The position numbers and the translations under genes were made by a program. The notes under the pieces were generated by a model. It ran no database searches. It had not been told where the DNA came from and saw only the letters and a list, made by a program, of their open reading frames with translations. From the IMG/VR virus record IMGVR_UViG_3300021279_000046: a DNA stretch of 24,966 bases. One strand, given 5' to 3'. Positions 9,187 through 20,150 of this stretch are shown one piece after another (the stretch's first letter is position 1; each line of letters begins with the position of its first letter). The DNA comes from a virus.

Positions 9187-9212
9187 AATGAATAATAAAA
9201 TATATAATAAAT
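9175..9212 (+). promoter_or_regulatory. Shared promoter box copy 4
   Basis: 9178-9212 is 34/35 identical to 5082-5116. GAGGT RBS follows at about 9234-9238. Confidence 0.65.
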
Positions 9213-9245
9213 TATATAATAAAAAATATAATAGAGGTTAATATC

Positions 9246-9437
9246 ATGACCATAAGGAAACTTGTTGGAACATTGGAAAACAAAGGACCATACATTGATC
9301 AGGCAACTGGTCACTGGTTTTACTGGAACGGCACTAAATATGTTGACTCGGGTTATCCTTATGCAGTTAAACCCATAATATCATTTAAAATAGAAAATGG
9401 TATTCTATATTATTCAATTACTTGGGAGGCACAATGA
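9246..9437 (+). CDS. Small fibre-associated protein (63 aa)
   Basis: GPYIDQATGHWFYW...DSG and FKIENGILY resemble linker motifs of phage collagen-like fibres. Good RBS. ATGA overlap with the next ORF. Confidence 0.65.
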   Translation: MTIRKLVGTLENKGPYIDQATGHWFYWNGTKYVDSGYPYAVKPIISFKIENGILYYSITWEAQ

Positions 9438-9592
9438 AATACATCAAATACTTTGAAAGCATCGAAGAGTATGAATCCTGGATGAATATTGAAGAAAATG
9501 CTGAAGAGGTATACTCGTCAGAAGAAAAAATTTGTGTTGATGGTATAATCCTCAGCCATACTTATAAAGACTTTGAAGGTGATAATGAATGA
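9434..9592 (+). CDS. Small acidic hypothetical protein (52 aa), missing from the ORF track
   Basis: MKYIKYFESIEEYESWMNIEENAEEVYSSEEKICVDGIILSHTYKDFEGDNE. ATGA overlaps with both neighbours. GGAGG at 9425-9429. Confidence 0.75.
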   Translation: MKYIKYFESIEEYESWMNIEENAEEVYSSEEKICVDGIILSHTYKDFEGDNE

Positions 9593-9840
9593 TTTATGAA
9601 TTCTTGGAGGCAAACAGAAAAGACATTGACATATTAACTTCATTTCTTGTTACAGCTATCCCGATTATCATGTTATATTCAGAGGCATTGGGAATCAGTG
9701 AAAACACTGTTCCTTACTGTATTCTCATGATAATATTAGGTATAGCCAGTCATTATGCAAGCAGAATTAGAGGCGAAGGGGATGTTGAAGACGCAAAACA
9801 AAAAGCTAAAAGAGTTTTGGGCTATCCTGAAGAAAGATAA
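9589..9840 (+). CDS. Small 2-TM membrane protein (holin-like)
   Basis: Two hydrophobic helices (ILTSFLVTAIPIIMLY; YCILMIILGIASHYA) and a charged C-terminal tail. GGTGA RBS. Confidence 0.6.
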   Translation: MIYEFLEANRKDIDILTSFLVTAIPIIMLYSEALGISENTVPYCILMIILGIASHYASRIRGEGDVEDAKQKAKRVLGYPEER

Positions 9841-9864
9841 AATTTTCTGGAGGATATTGTTATC

Positions 9865-10119
9865 ATGAACGATTTAAAAAAGAAGATTGTCATTTGCAAC
9901 TTTACCAAAACAATTTCAAGTGCTGTTTTAACAGCAATTGCTATCAACATTATCATGACCAACGCAACAAAGTGGAGTTTAATTGAAGGACTATTGCCAT
10001 TTACATTAGCTATTGTTATTGTAGCATTAATTGACTTTTATGAGTATAGATGTGAGCATGAAGACAAGATAAATTTGGAAGACTTGGAGTCAAGAATTGA
10101 AAAACTGGAGAGAGAATAA
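9865..10119 (+). CDS. Small 2-TM membrane protein with C-terminal coiled coil
   Basis: ISSAVLTAIAINIIM and LLPFTLAIVIVALIDFY helices, tail INLEDLESRIEKLERE. GGAGG RBS. Confidence 0.65.
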   Translation: MNDLKKKIVICNFTKTISSAVLTAIAINIIMTNATKWSLIEGLLPFTLAIVIVALIDFYEYRCEHEDKINLEDLESRIEKLERE

Positions 10120-10718
10120 TGGATAAAAAGATTTTAATTGCAGTTCCAACATTCGAGTCCATCAAACCTGAATGCTTTAAAAGCATATATGGCTTGATAA
10201 GACCTGAAGGATATAGTCTCTACTTTGATTATGTTGCAGGATATGATTGTGCTAAAGCAAGAAATCAGATAGCTAAAAATGCTATGGCTGGTGATTATGA
10301 TTATGTATTGATGGTGGATTCTGATATTCAGTTACCGTCAGATGCTTTAGTAAAATTACTTGAATGTGAATCTGATATTGCTCTTGGATGGTACTTCAGG
10401 AAAAGAACAAGAACAGATCAGACAATCATTTATACATTCGGAAAAGACTTTAACGATGACAATTGCATTAAAGGCAATACAATGATTCATGAAGTGCCAA
10501 GATCAATTGAAGTCAAAGGTGGAGGACTTGGAATTGCATTAATCAATGTTGATGTATTTAGTAAACTTCAGTATCCGTATTTCAAGTTCGTAACCTATCC
10601 AAATGATACAGTATTATCAGAAGATTTGTATTTCTGCAATCTAGCTAGTGAAAGTGGTTTTAATATTAAATGCAATCCAACTGTAAAAGGAAATCATATA
10701 TTTGAGATATTAATGTGA
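10119..10718 (+). CDS. GT-A fold glycosyltransferase (GT2-like, phage type)
   Basis: ILIAVP start, ARNQIA, YDYVLMVDSD (DxD), GLGIALIN...VF, SEDLYFC, C-terminal His (GNH). Confidence 0.85.
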   Translation: MDKKILIAVPTFESIKPECFKSIYGLIRPEGYSLYFDYVAGYDCAKARNQIAKNAMAGDYDYVLMVDSDIQLPSDALVKLLECESDIALGWYFRKRTRTDQTIIYTFGKDFNDDNCIKGNTMIHEVPRSIEVKGGGLGIALINVDVFSKLQYPYFKFVTYPNDTVLSEDLYFCNLASESGFNIKCNPTVKGNHIFEILM

Positions 10719-10723
10719 TATAC

Positions 10724-11350
10724 ATGACAGATACAATTGTTTTATTGGAGGAAAGAAAGGAGATTACTACCTTCTTATTGGATGATGGGGTTAAAACATT
10801 AGTTGATAATGTAGTAACTGCATCAGGTAGTAGTCTTGGTTATGAATATTCCAATAAGTGCATGGTTGATGATATACTTTGTATTTCAGACAAATCTGCA
10901 ATAGGAAAAGAATGTTTAAGAAAATACACTGGTACAGAAGTTCCTGTTGGCGTCCTTGTCAATGAACCTGTTGTAATGACAGCGGGAGATAGAAAAGGAA
11001 GTGTATTATTATTGGGTGGACTTTACCGTTTGAAATTAGCTTCAGGCATTGTTAATGTTAAAGCAGGAGACCGGATTAAATTATCTCCAAGCGGAGCTAT
11101 TGTTGATAATGCCGGTGAGTTCATAGCGTTTCATCCTGTTGCAAATTCTGATGAATATGAATATGTCAATTGTTTCCAGGTTAGTCTTGGAGGTAAAGGA
11201 GAGAAAGGAGACACCGGAGATACAGGTGCTGCGACTGTTATCCTCGGGTCTTATGATACTTTCGAAGAACTTATAGCAGCACATCCAACTGCCAATGAAG
11301 GTGATGCATTCCTTGTTGATGGAGAACTCTTCGTTTGGCATAATGATTAA
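10724..11350 (+). CDS. Head-decoration-like protein, paralogue B, fused to short collagen stretch and a truncated linker domain
   Basis: Paralogous to 8410. Then [13 protein letters not shown] and TVILGSYDTFEELIAAHPT...GDAFLVDGELFVWHND. Start moved to ATG 10724 (track GTG 10715 is part of the GTGATA RBS). Confidence 0.65.
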   Translation: MTDTIVLLEERKEITTFLLDDGVKTLVDNVVTASGSSLGYEYSNKCMVDDILCISDKSAIGKECLRKYTGTEVPVGVLVNEPVVMTAGDRKGSVLLLGGLYRLKLASGIVNVKAGDRIKLSPSGAIVDNAGEFIAFHPVANSDEYEYVNCFQVSLGGKGEKGDTGDTGAATVILGSYDTFEELIAAHPTANEGDAFLVDGELFVWHND

Positions 11351-11379
11351 AAATCAAACTAAATAAATAGAGGTGTTTA

Positions 11380-12256
<877 letters not shown>

Positions 12257-12273
12257 AATTCATAAAAATCCCT

Positions 12274-12312
12274 AAAAGGAAGTACTGGCTATTGTTGGTG
12301 CTTCCTTTTTTT
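12274..12312 (+). terminator. Hairpin plus T-tract terminator-like element
   Basis: AAAAGGAAGTAC (12274-12285) pairs with GTGCTTCCTTTT (12298-12309) with one G-T pair, running into a 7-T tract. Confidence 0.55.
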
Positions 12313-12339
12313 ATAAAACAATAATATGGTGATAAAAAA

Positions 12340-12681
12340 ATGTCATGGGTAAATGTAGGACGTATAAAAGGAGATACTGGAGATACCGGTTCAACAGGAG
12401 CTGCCGGTGGTTCAGCGTATATCATGTTGGATTCAGCACATGGAATAATCTATCTGGGTGATGATGACCATGATTATACAATAACATTAGCATCCCTGAA
12501 AGGCCCTAAAGGTGATACTGGTGCAACAGGTCCTGTTAATCTTGTTTCCACTTTGGATAATACAGACACAACAAATGCAGTAACTAACGGTGCAATAGCT
12601 ACTGCCATTCAGGATGTTACAGACCAGATTGGAACAATAACATCAGCACAGAGTTCTAATTTAACATTGCTTGGGAGCTGA
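12340..12681 (+). CDS. Collagen-like fibre protein 2 (short adaptor)
   Basis: Starts MSWVNVGRIKGDTG, two short Gly-X-Y runs, C-terminal TNAVTNGAIATAIQDVTDQI helical motif. GGTGA RBS. Confidence 0.8.
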   Translation: MSWVNVGRIKGDTGDTGSTGAAGGSAYIMLDSAHGIIYLGDDDHDYTITLASLKGPKGDTGATGPVNLVSTLDNTDTTNAVTNGAIATAIQDVTDQIGTITSAQSSNLTLLGS

Positions 12682-12686
12682 TTAAT

Positions 12687-13787
12687 ATGGCTTATACTGC
12701 TCCAGACCTTTCAGAGATTCTAGAAAATGAACAGGTAATGAATGCCCGTTTAAGTGCATGTAAAAGTGAACTGCAAAGTATTTTAACAAATGAGGAAATT
12801 GGCTATACTGCAGGTGATGGCATTATTCCATTAATCAGAAAATTGCCTTATCCTATTCCAACTTCAATAGAATTATACGGGACAAAAGATTTCTTAACTA
12901 AAAATGGGCCTCAAACATATAACAGAAGCATGACTTTATCTCCTGTTGTTAGAGATCAAAAAGGCAATGCCATGAGTAATGTTTCAGTGACAATCAGAAG
13001 AAGGGCAGGAACCACTTCGGGCGCATGGACTACCTTAGGAACAATAACGGCCGGAAATGATTTAACAGTAACTCCTGAGACAAACAACGGAAAATTCAGA
13101 TATGAGGCATATGTGACAAGCAACAGCAATGTTTCAACATATGTGGATATTCCTAATTATTACATGTATTATCCGTCTGATTATGATTATCTTGAAAGTA
13201 TTGTGAATTATTCACAGCCTTTAGCTTCCAGTAACTGCAGAATAGACACTGAGAGTTTTTCAATGGGTGCGAATTATATTAATCTCTATGCTCAAAGTGC
13301 AGGAACAATGTATGCAGTGTTTCCGTTAAGGTATTATCCTCCGTTAACTGGTGTTAATTCAAACACTATTATCAAAATAGGATTTGACATAACAAGGGGA
13401 AGTGTCCCCGTTGCAACTAAGATTATTGGTATTGGTGCAGGAATGTATAATGCATCAGAAAGCTATGGAGGTTCCATGGGGCTCTTTTTAGATGCATCAG
13501 ATGGAGATTCTCTTACTTCAAGAGATATGAGCTTTGTTCCAAGCTGGACTGAAGATCATGGATTCACAGAAAGCGGAGTCAGCAAGGAATGTTATATTGA
13601 GATTTACGGAACAAGTAACGGTGGTTATCCTTATATGTATGGAGAAGGTGGTGAACCGTCAGATTACATGCCTTACTGGTACGGCCAGTATATAGGAACA
13701 CCTGTTGTTCTTGCATGGGCATATAATGTTTCAGCCAATGAAAGAGTCAGATTAAAAATGAAATATATCACAGCAGTAACACCATGA
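12687..13787 (+). CDS. Putative fibre tip/adhesin protein 1
   Basis: N-terminal coiled coil (NARLSACKSELQSIL), Ig-like segment (LSPVVRDQKGNAMSNVSVTI), Tyr/Gly/Ser-rich beta-sandwich-like C-terminus. No signal peptide. Confidence 0.55.
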   Translation: MAYTAPDLSEILENEQVMNARLSACKSELQSILTNEEIGYTAGDGIIPLIRKLPYPIPTSIELYGTKDFLTKNGPQTYNRSMTLSPVVRDQKGNAMSNVSVTIRRRAGTTSGAWTTLGTITAGNDLTVTPETNNGKFRYEAYVTSNSNVSTYVDIPNYYMYYPSDYDYLESIVNYSQPLASSNCRIDTESFSMGANYINLYAQSAGTMYAVFPLRYYPPLTGVNSNTIIKIGFDITRGSVPVATKIIGIGAGMYNASESYGGSMGLFLDASDGDSLTSRDMSFVPSWTEDHGFTESGVSKECYIEIYGTSNGGYPYMYGEGGEPSDYMPYWYGQYIGTPVVLAWAYNVSANERVRLKMKYITAVTP

Positions 13788-13797
13788 GGTTTAGATA

Positions 13798-14841
13798 ATG
13801 AGTATTGCAAGTAATGTTATAGAAGAAAACAACAGATTAGCAACAGCAAGGGCATTGCTGAGGGAAAAGTTAACTCTCAATAATGTTCACTGGGAGAATT
13901 CAGATACAATATTTGAACTGATAGCCAGATGGGAGAATACCGATGATGATTTAATGATTGAATATATTCGCCCAAATTCATGTTTTGCAGGAAATACTGT
14001 AGAGTTCGGAGCAAAAATAACAGTTTATGATTCCAACGATGATGAAGTGGCAGTAACAGGTGTGCCTGTAACAGTTATCATTAATGGTGCTGCTAATACC
14101 GTTTTAACTGACAGTAATGGAATGGCTGTGCAGTCATTTGATGTTGGAGCTATTGGAAGTACTGTGGAGGCTACTGTTTATGCAGGAACCAGTAGTAATA
14201 GCTGGTCTTATGAAGTTGTATCCTTTTACTTTAGTGAAGACAGCAAAACTGTTGAATCATATACCGTTGTTAAGCATCCAAGTTCTGCTACATTAACTTC
14301 ATCATCCTATGAGTTCGATTCAGGATATAATGATTACGGAGCTAAGATTTCAAAAGAAGTGGCCAGTGCAAGTGCAATATATCTGATTCCGACAGATTTA
14401 ATCAACGGTATTGATGCTGGAGAATACGGAATTCATATGCAGGCAAAAATAGTTGTAAAATACGGAAGTAGTTCTGGCTGGGCATGCGGTATAGGATTAT
14501 TGGCGAATAAGACTTTGGGTCATTATAGGGATACTCAAATTCTTGAACTTGGAGCATATCCCGGCAAAAAAGGTTTAAGATATTCAACAAGTGATCATGT
14601 CATAAGGGATTTGAATGTCACATCCGGACAACTGACACTGAACAGTGTATGGTACACTTTCGATTTATATTATAAGGACGGTAATGTTAATGCCACAATA
14701 AAAAACGGTGACAATGTAGTGTACAGTTATAGTGGGACAACATTAACATTTGAAACTGCATATCCTTTCCTGACAATATATGATTATGGCGGACAGATGA
14801 TTTTCAACAACGTTACTGTTGAAGAATGGGACGGTGAATAA
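13798..14841 (+). CDS. Putative fibre tip/adhesin protein 2 (Ig-like + ConA/LamG-like)
   Basis: N-terminal helix (EENNRLATARALLREKL), Big-like AVTGVPVTVIING...VLTDSNGMA, C-terminal WYTFDLYYKDG...IFNNVTV lectin-like pattern. GAGGT RBS. Confidence 0.6.
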   Translation: MSIASNVIEENNRLATARALLREKLTLNNVHWENSDTIFELIARWENTDDDLMIEYIRPNSCFAGNTVEFGAKITVYDSNDDEVAVTGVPVTVIINGAANTVLTDSNGMAVQSFDVGAIGSTVEATVYAGTSSNSWSYEVVSFYFSEDSKTVESYTVVKHPSSATLTSSSYEFDSGYNDYGAKISKEVASASAIYLIPTDLINGIDAGEYGIHMQAKIVVKYGSSSGWACGIGLLANKTLGHYRDTQILELGAYPGKKGLRYSTSDHVIRDLNVTSGQLTLNSVWYTFDLYYKDGNVNATIKNGDNVVYSYSGTTLTFETAYPFLTIYDYGGQMIFNNVTVEEWDGE

Positions 14842-14845
14842 AAAA

Positions 14846-16147
<1,302 letters not shown>

Positions 16148-16171
16148 TAATATTAATTAAGAGTGATAATA

Positions 16172-16438
16172 ATGGATCTTTCAGATGAAATGTTAATAGA
16201 GATCAGCTATGTGGAAATCTCACAATACAGAAAAAAAGTAATGAAATCTTTGGAGGATAATGTTAAAATACCAACTGCCATTGCTAGAGACTCAGGGATT
16301 AGGACAAATCATATTTCAAAAGTTCTAGGGGAATTGAAAGAGCATGAACTGGTTGAATGTATCAATCCAGAAGTTAGAAAAGGTAGATTGTACAGATTAA
16401 CTGATAAAGGTGATGATGTAGTTAAAAATTTAGAATAA
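16172..16438 (+). CDS. Winged helix-turn-helix transcriptional regulator (paralogue of 6800)
   Basis: RKKVMKSL...KIPT.IA......NHISKVL.ELKE.ELVECINPE.RKGRLYRLTDKG. ATG 16172 follows GAGTGA RBS. Confidence 0.88.
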   Translation: MDLSDEMLIEISYVEISQYRKKVMKSLEDNVKIPTAIARDSGIRTNHISKVLGELKEHELVECINPEVRKGRLYRLTDKGDDVVKNLE

Positions 16439-16443
16439 TCATT

Positions 16444-16944
16444 TTAATAATCAATTGGAGATGGATATCCACTCCAAGTATATTCTAAAATACGGGGTAT
16501 TCCTTTTTGATTGGGACCAGGATATTCATAATAAAATAAACAAGATTTCATTCCGAACTCAATGTTGTCCATATTTAAGAATATTTCACCAATATCTTCA
16601 CCATCAGGAATATCTTCATCAGAAAATTTTAGTGGAGGTTCTTTTATTTCAATAACCTGAAATTCACTTTCAAATCTATGGAAACTTTCAAAAACATCAT
16701 CCATGGATTCAATAATTCCTTCTTCAATATCATCTATATAACCATCATAATAGTATTCTTTTTCAATTTCAGGTAAATCATTAAATTCCTGATAGTATTT
16801 GTAAGATGTAAAATCATCACCTACTTCTAATTCTGATATTCTTTTAGGTAATAATATTTCCACTTTAAATTTCTTTAGTAAATCTTCAATGCTAATTAAA
16901 TTATTTGGAATATAAAAATGGTCATTTCCTAAGATATAATTCAT
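16444..16944 (-). CDS. Acidic hypothetical protein (166 aa)
   Basis: Clean ORF with GGGTGA RBS on the minus strand, convergent with the wHTH gene. No recognisable motif. Confidence 0.75.
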   Translation of the reverse strand: MNYILGNDHFYIPNNLISIEDLLKKFKVEILLPKRISELEVGDDFTSYKYYQEFNDLPEIEKEYYYDGYIDDIEEGIIESMDDVFESFHRFESEFQVIEIKEPPLKFSDEDIPDGEDIGEIFLNMDNIEFGMKSCLFYYEYPGPNQKGIPRILEYTWSGYPSPIDY

Positions 16945-17105
16945 AAAATCACCCTTATTTTGAATTGTTTATATTTATTGATTATAGTATCAACTTCTTT
17001 ACTATTCAATATTAGTTTAGTAACACTTAATAGTATATTTTTATAAAAATAAGATTAATACAATATTGTGTTTATATTGCAATATTTTTATAAGGGGTTG
17101 GTTTT

Positions 17106-20100
17106 ATTCCATTCTATGATGAAGATGCCTATGAACAAACTGTGCTTAGTATTTTAAAGGATTTGGGTTATACTTACTATAATGGTTATGAAATTGACAG
17201 AGATTATCATAATCCATTATTTATACGTGATTTAGATAATATTTATAAAATTAACAATGATTCAAGTAATATAGCTATTGAGGAAGCTATTAAAACTGTT
17301 CAAGACTTTGGTTTAGGAAGTCTTAAAGATAAAAATGATATTTTTATGGATTATCTTCAAAATGGAATATCGGTTAATTATTGGGAAGATGGAGAAGACA
17401 AATCAACATTAATCAAATTAGTTGATTGGGAAAATATTGACAACAATAAATTCACTGTTATTAATCAATGGACGGTTGTTGAAAAAGAAACCAAACGACC
17501 AGATATTGTTGTATTTTTAAATGGTTTTCCAGTAGTGGTTATGGAATTAAAATCACCTGTTAGAGAAGATGCAGATGTTTCCGATGCTTATAATCAATTA
17601 CAAAAATATATGCAGGTAATTCCATCATTATTTAATTATAATGCAATTTGTGTCATGAGTGATATGGCAAAATCAAAAGCAGGAACAATCACTTCTCCTG
17701 AAGATAGATTCATGGAATGGAAAACAACTGATGGTAGTTATGAAACAACTCAATGGGCAGATTATCATACTTTTTTTGAAGGAATATTTGATAAAAATAG
17801 ATTTTTAGATATATTGAAAAATTTTATAGTATTTTCGAAAGATGGAAAAAATTCATTTAAAATATTGGGTGCATATCATCAATACTTTGCAGTTAATAAA
17901 GCTGTTGTGTCAACGTTAGATGCAATTAAAACAGATGGGCGTGCAGGTGTATTTTGGCATACTCAAGGAAGTGGAAAAAGTTTATCAATGGTATTCTATG
18001 TGAAAAAATTACAACAAATACTTGATAGTCCTACTTTTGTTGTAGTAACAGATAGAAATGATTTAGATCAACAGTTATTTACTCAGTTTGCAAGATGTTC
18101 TAACTTTTTAAGACAAGATCCTATCCAAGCTGAAAGCAGGAAACATTTAACTGAATTGTTAAATAATAGGCAGGCCAATGGAATTTTCTTTACAACTATG
18201 CAGAAGTTTGAAGAATCAACTGATGTATTAACTGACCGTAGGGATGTTATTGTAATATCTGATGAAGCACATCGTAGTCAATATGGGCTTGAAGAGACAA
18301 TTGATTCAAAAACAGGTAAAATCAAAATAGGTGCTGCAAGAAGAATACGTAACGCTTTACCTAATGCAACATACATTGGATTTACAGGAACTCCTATCTC
18401 AAGAGCTGATAAAAGTACTCGTGAGGTATTTGGAAATTATATTGATATATATGACATGACACAATCCGTAGAAGATGGAGCAACAGTACCAATCCACTAT
18501 GAAAGTCGTGTTGCACAAATTGGATTGGATGAAGAGGTTCTGGAAGAGATTGACCAACGTTATGATGAATTAGCACTTGAAGCTGAAGAGCATGCAATTG
18601 AGAAAAGTAAAAAACAACTAAGTAAAATGGAAATATTATTAGGGGATTCAGTAATCTTAGATGATGTATGTAATGATATTATAAACCATTATGAAGATAA
18701 CCGTGAATTTGAATTATCCGGTAAAGCAATGATTGTTGCATACTCCCGGCCAGTAGCAATTAACATGTATAAAAAGATTCTTGAAATTCGCCCAGACTGG
18801 GAAGATAAAGTCAAAGTGGTAATGAGTGGCGATAACAGAGATCCACCAGAATGGCAAGATATAATTGGAACTGATTCATATAAACGTGATCTTGAACGTA
18901 AATTCAAAGATGATGATGATCCAATGAAAATAGCTATAGTTGTAGATATGTGGCTTACAGGATTTGATGTACCTTCACTTGCAACAATGTACATATACAA
19001 ACCAATGAAAGGACATAACTTAATGCAAGCTATTGCAAGAGTTAATCGAGTATTTGAAGGTAAAGAAGGAGGATTAATTGTTGATTATATTGGAATTGCA
19101 TCAGCATTAAGACAAGCAATGAGTGAATACACAGAAAGAGATAATAAAAATTACGGAGATATGGATATTGCTAAATATGCTTATCCTAAATTCCATGAAC
19201 ATCTAGCGGACTGTGAAAAACTATTAGAAAACTATGGTGTAGATTATAATGAATTCTTTGGTGATGATAATACTAAACGTTCTAAAATGATTTCCGGTGC
19301 AGTTAACTATTTACAAAATCCTCATAATGAAGATACTAAAAAAGAGTATCTTGCAAAGGCATCTTTACTGAAAAAAGCATTATCATTATGTAGAAGTAAA
19401 GCTACTTATCATGAAAGACTTGAAGCAGCATTCTTTGAATCTGTAAGGTCAGTAGTAGTTAAACTAGAACCTCGTGATGGTAAATTATCTGTAAAAGAAA
19501 TTAATCAACAAATTACAGAATTATTACATCGTTCAATTAAGAGTGATGGTGTAATCAGTGTTTTAGATATTGGTCAGGAAGTATCATTATTTGATCCAGA
19601 ATTTTTAGAAAAAGTAGCCGCAATGCAAGAAGAAGATTTAGCTATTAAAATACTTGAAAATTTATTAAGTGAACAAGTAAGAATTTATGCAAGAACAGAT
19701 TTGGTTAAAGCAGAAGAATTCTCAGCAATGTTTAAAAGAATTAAAGATAAATACATTAAAGATAATTTAACAAGCATTGAAGTAATCAATGAATTAATTG
19801 AAATGGCAAAACAAATTAGAGAGGCTCATAAAGAAGGAAATGATTTAGGTTTAACTAGTGAAGAATTAGCATTTTATCACGCTATTTCACTCCCAGAAAA
19901 TATACATGACTTTTATGATGATAAAACATTAATAATTATTACTCAAGAACTAACTGAATCTCTTCGGGCTAGTCGTACAATTGATTGGCAGAAAAAAGAA
20001 AAAGCAAGAGCAAACATGAGAAGAACAGTAAAAAGATTACTTAGAAAATATGACTATCCACCAAAACAAATGCAAGAAGCCTTAGATAAGGTATTAGCTC

Positions 20101-20132
20101 AATGTGAATTATGGGCAGATGAAGCAGCATAA
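17106..20132 (+). CDS. hsdR: Type I restriction enzyme R subunit
   Basis: Nuclease PDIVVFLNG...VMELK, Walker A HTQGSGKS, DEAH box, FTGTP, DMWLTGFD, QAIARVNR, DUF3387-like C-terminus. Frame is open back to 17094. Start probably ATT 17106, otherwise GTG 17142. Confidence 0.95.
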   Translation: MPFYDEDAYEQTVLSILKDLGYTYYNGYEIDRDYHNPLFIRDLDNIYKINNDSSNIAIEEAIKTVQDFGLGSLKDKNDIFMDYLQNGISVNYWEDGEDKSTLIKLVDWENIDNNKFTVINQWTVVEKETKRPDIVVFLNGFPVVVMELKSPVREDADVSDAYNQLQKYMQVIPSLFNYNAICVMSDMAKSKAGTITSPEDRFMEWKTTDGSYETTQWADYHTFFEGIFDKNRFLDILKNFIVFSKDGKNSFKILGAYHQYFAVNKAVVSTLDAIKTDGRAGVFWHTQGSGKSLSMVFYVKKLQQILDSPTFVVVTDRNDLDQQLFTQFARCSNFLRQDPIQAESRKHLTELLNNRQANGIFFTTMQKFEESTDVLTDRRDVIVISDEAHRSQYGLEETIDSKTGKIKIGAARRIRNALPNATYIGFTGTPISRADKSTREVFGNYIDIYDMTQSVEDGATVPIHYESRVAQIGLDEEVLEEIDQRYDELALEAEEHAIEKSKKQLSKMEILLGDSVILDDVCNDIINHYEDNREFELSGKAMIVAYSRPVAINMYKKILEIRPDWEDKVKVVMSGDNRDPPEWQDIIGTDSYKRDLERKFKDDDDPMKIAIVVDMWLTGFDVPSLATMYIYKPMKGHNLMQAIARVNRVFEGKEGGLIVDYIGIASALRQAMSEYTERDNKNYGDMDIAKYAYPKFHEHLADCEKLLENYGVDYNEFFGDDNTKRSKMISGAVNYLQNPHNEDTKKEYLAKASLLKKALSLCRSKATYHERLEAAFFESVRSVVVKLEPRDGKLSVKEINQQITELLHRSIKSDGVISVLDIGQEVSLFDPEFLEKVAAMQEEDLAIKILENLLSEQVRIYARTDLVKAEEFSAMFKRIKDKYIKDNLTSIEVINELIEMAKQIREAHKEGNDLGLTSEELAFYHAISLPENIHDFYDDKTLIIITQELTESLRASRTIDWQKKEKARANMRRTVKRLLRKYDYPPKQMQEALDKVLAQCELWADEAA

Positions 20133-20150
20133 AATTAGGAGAATAAAATT

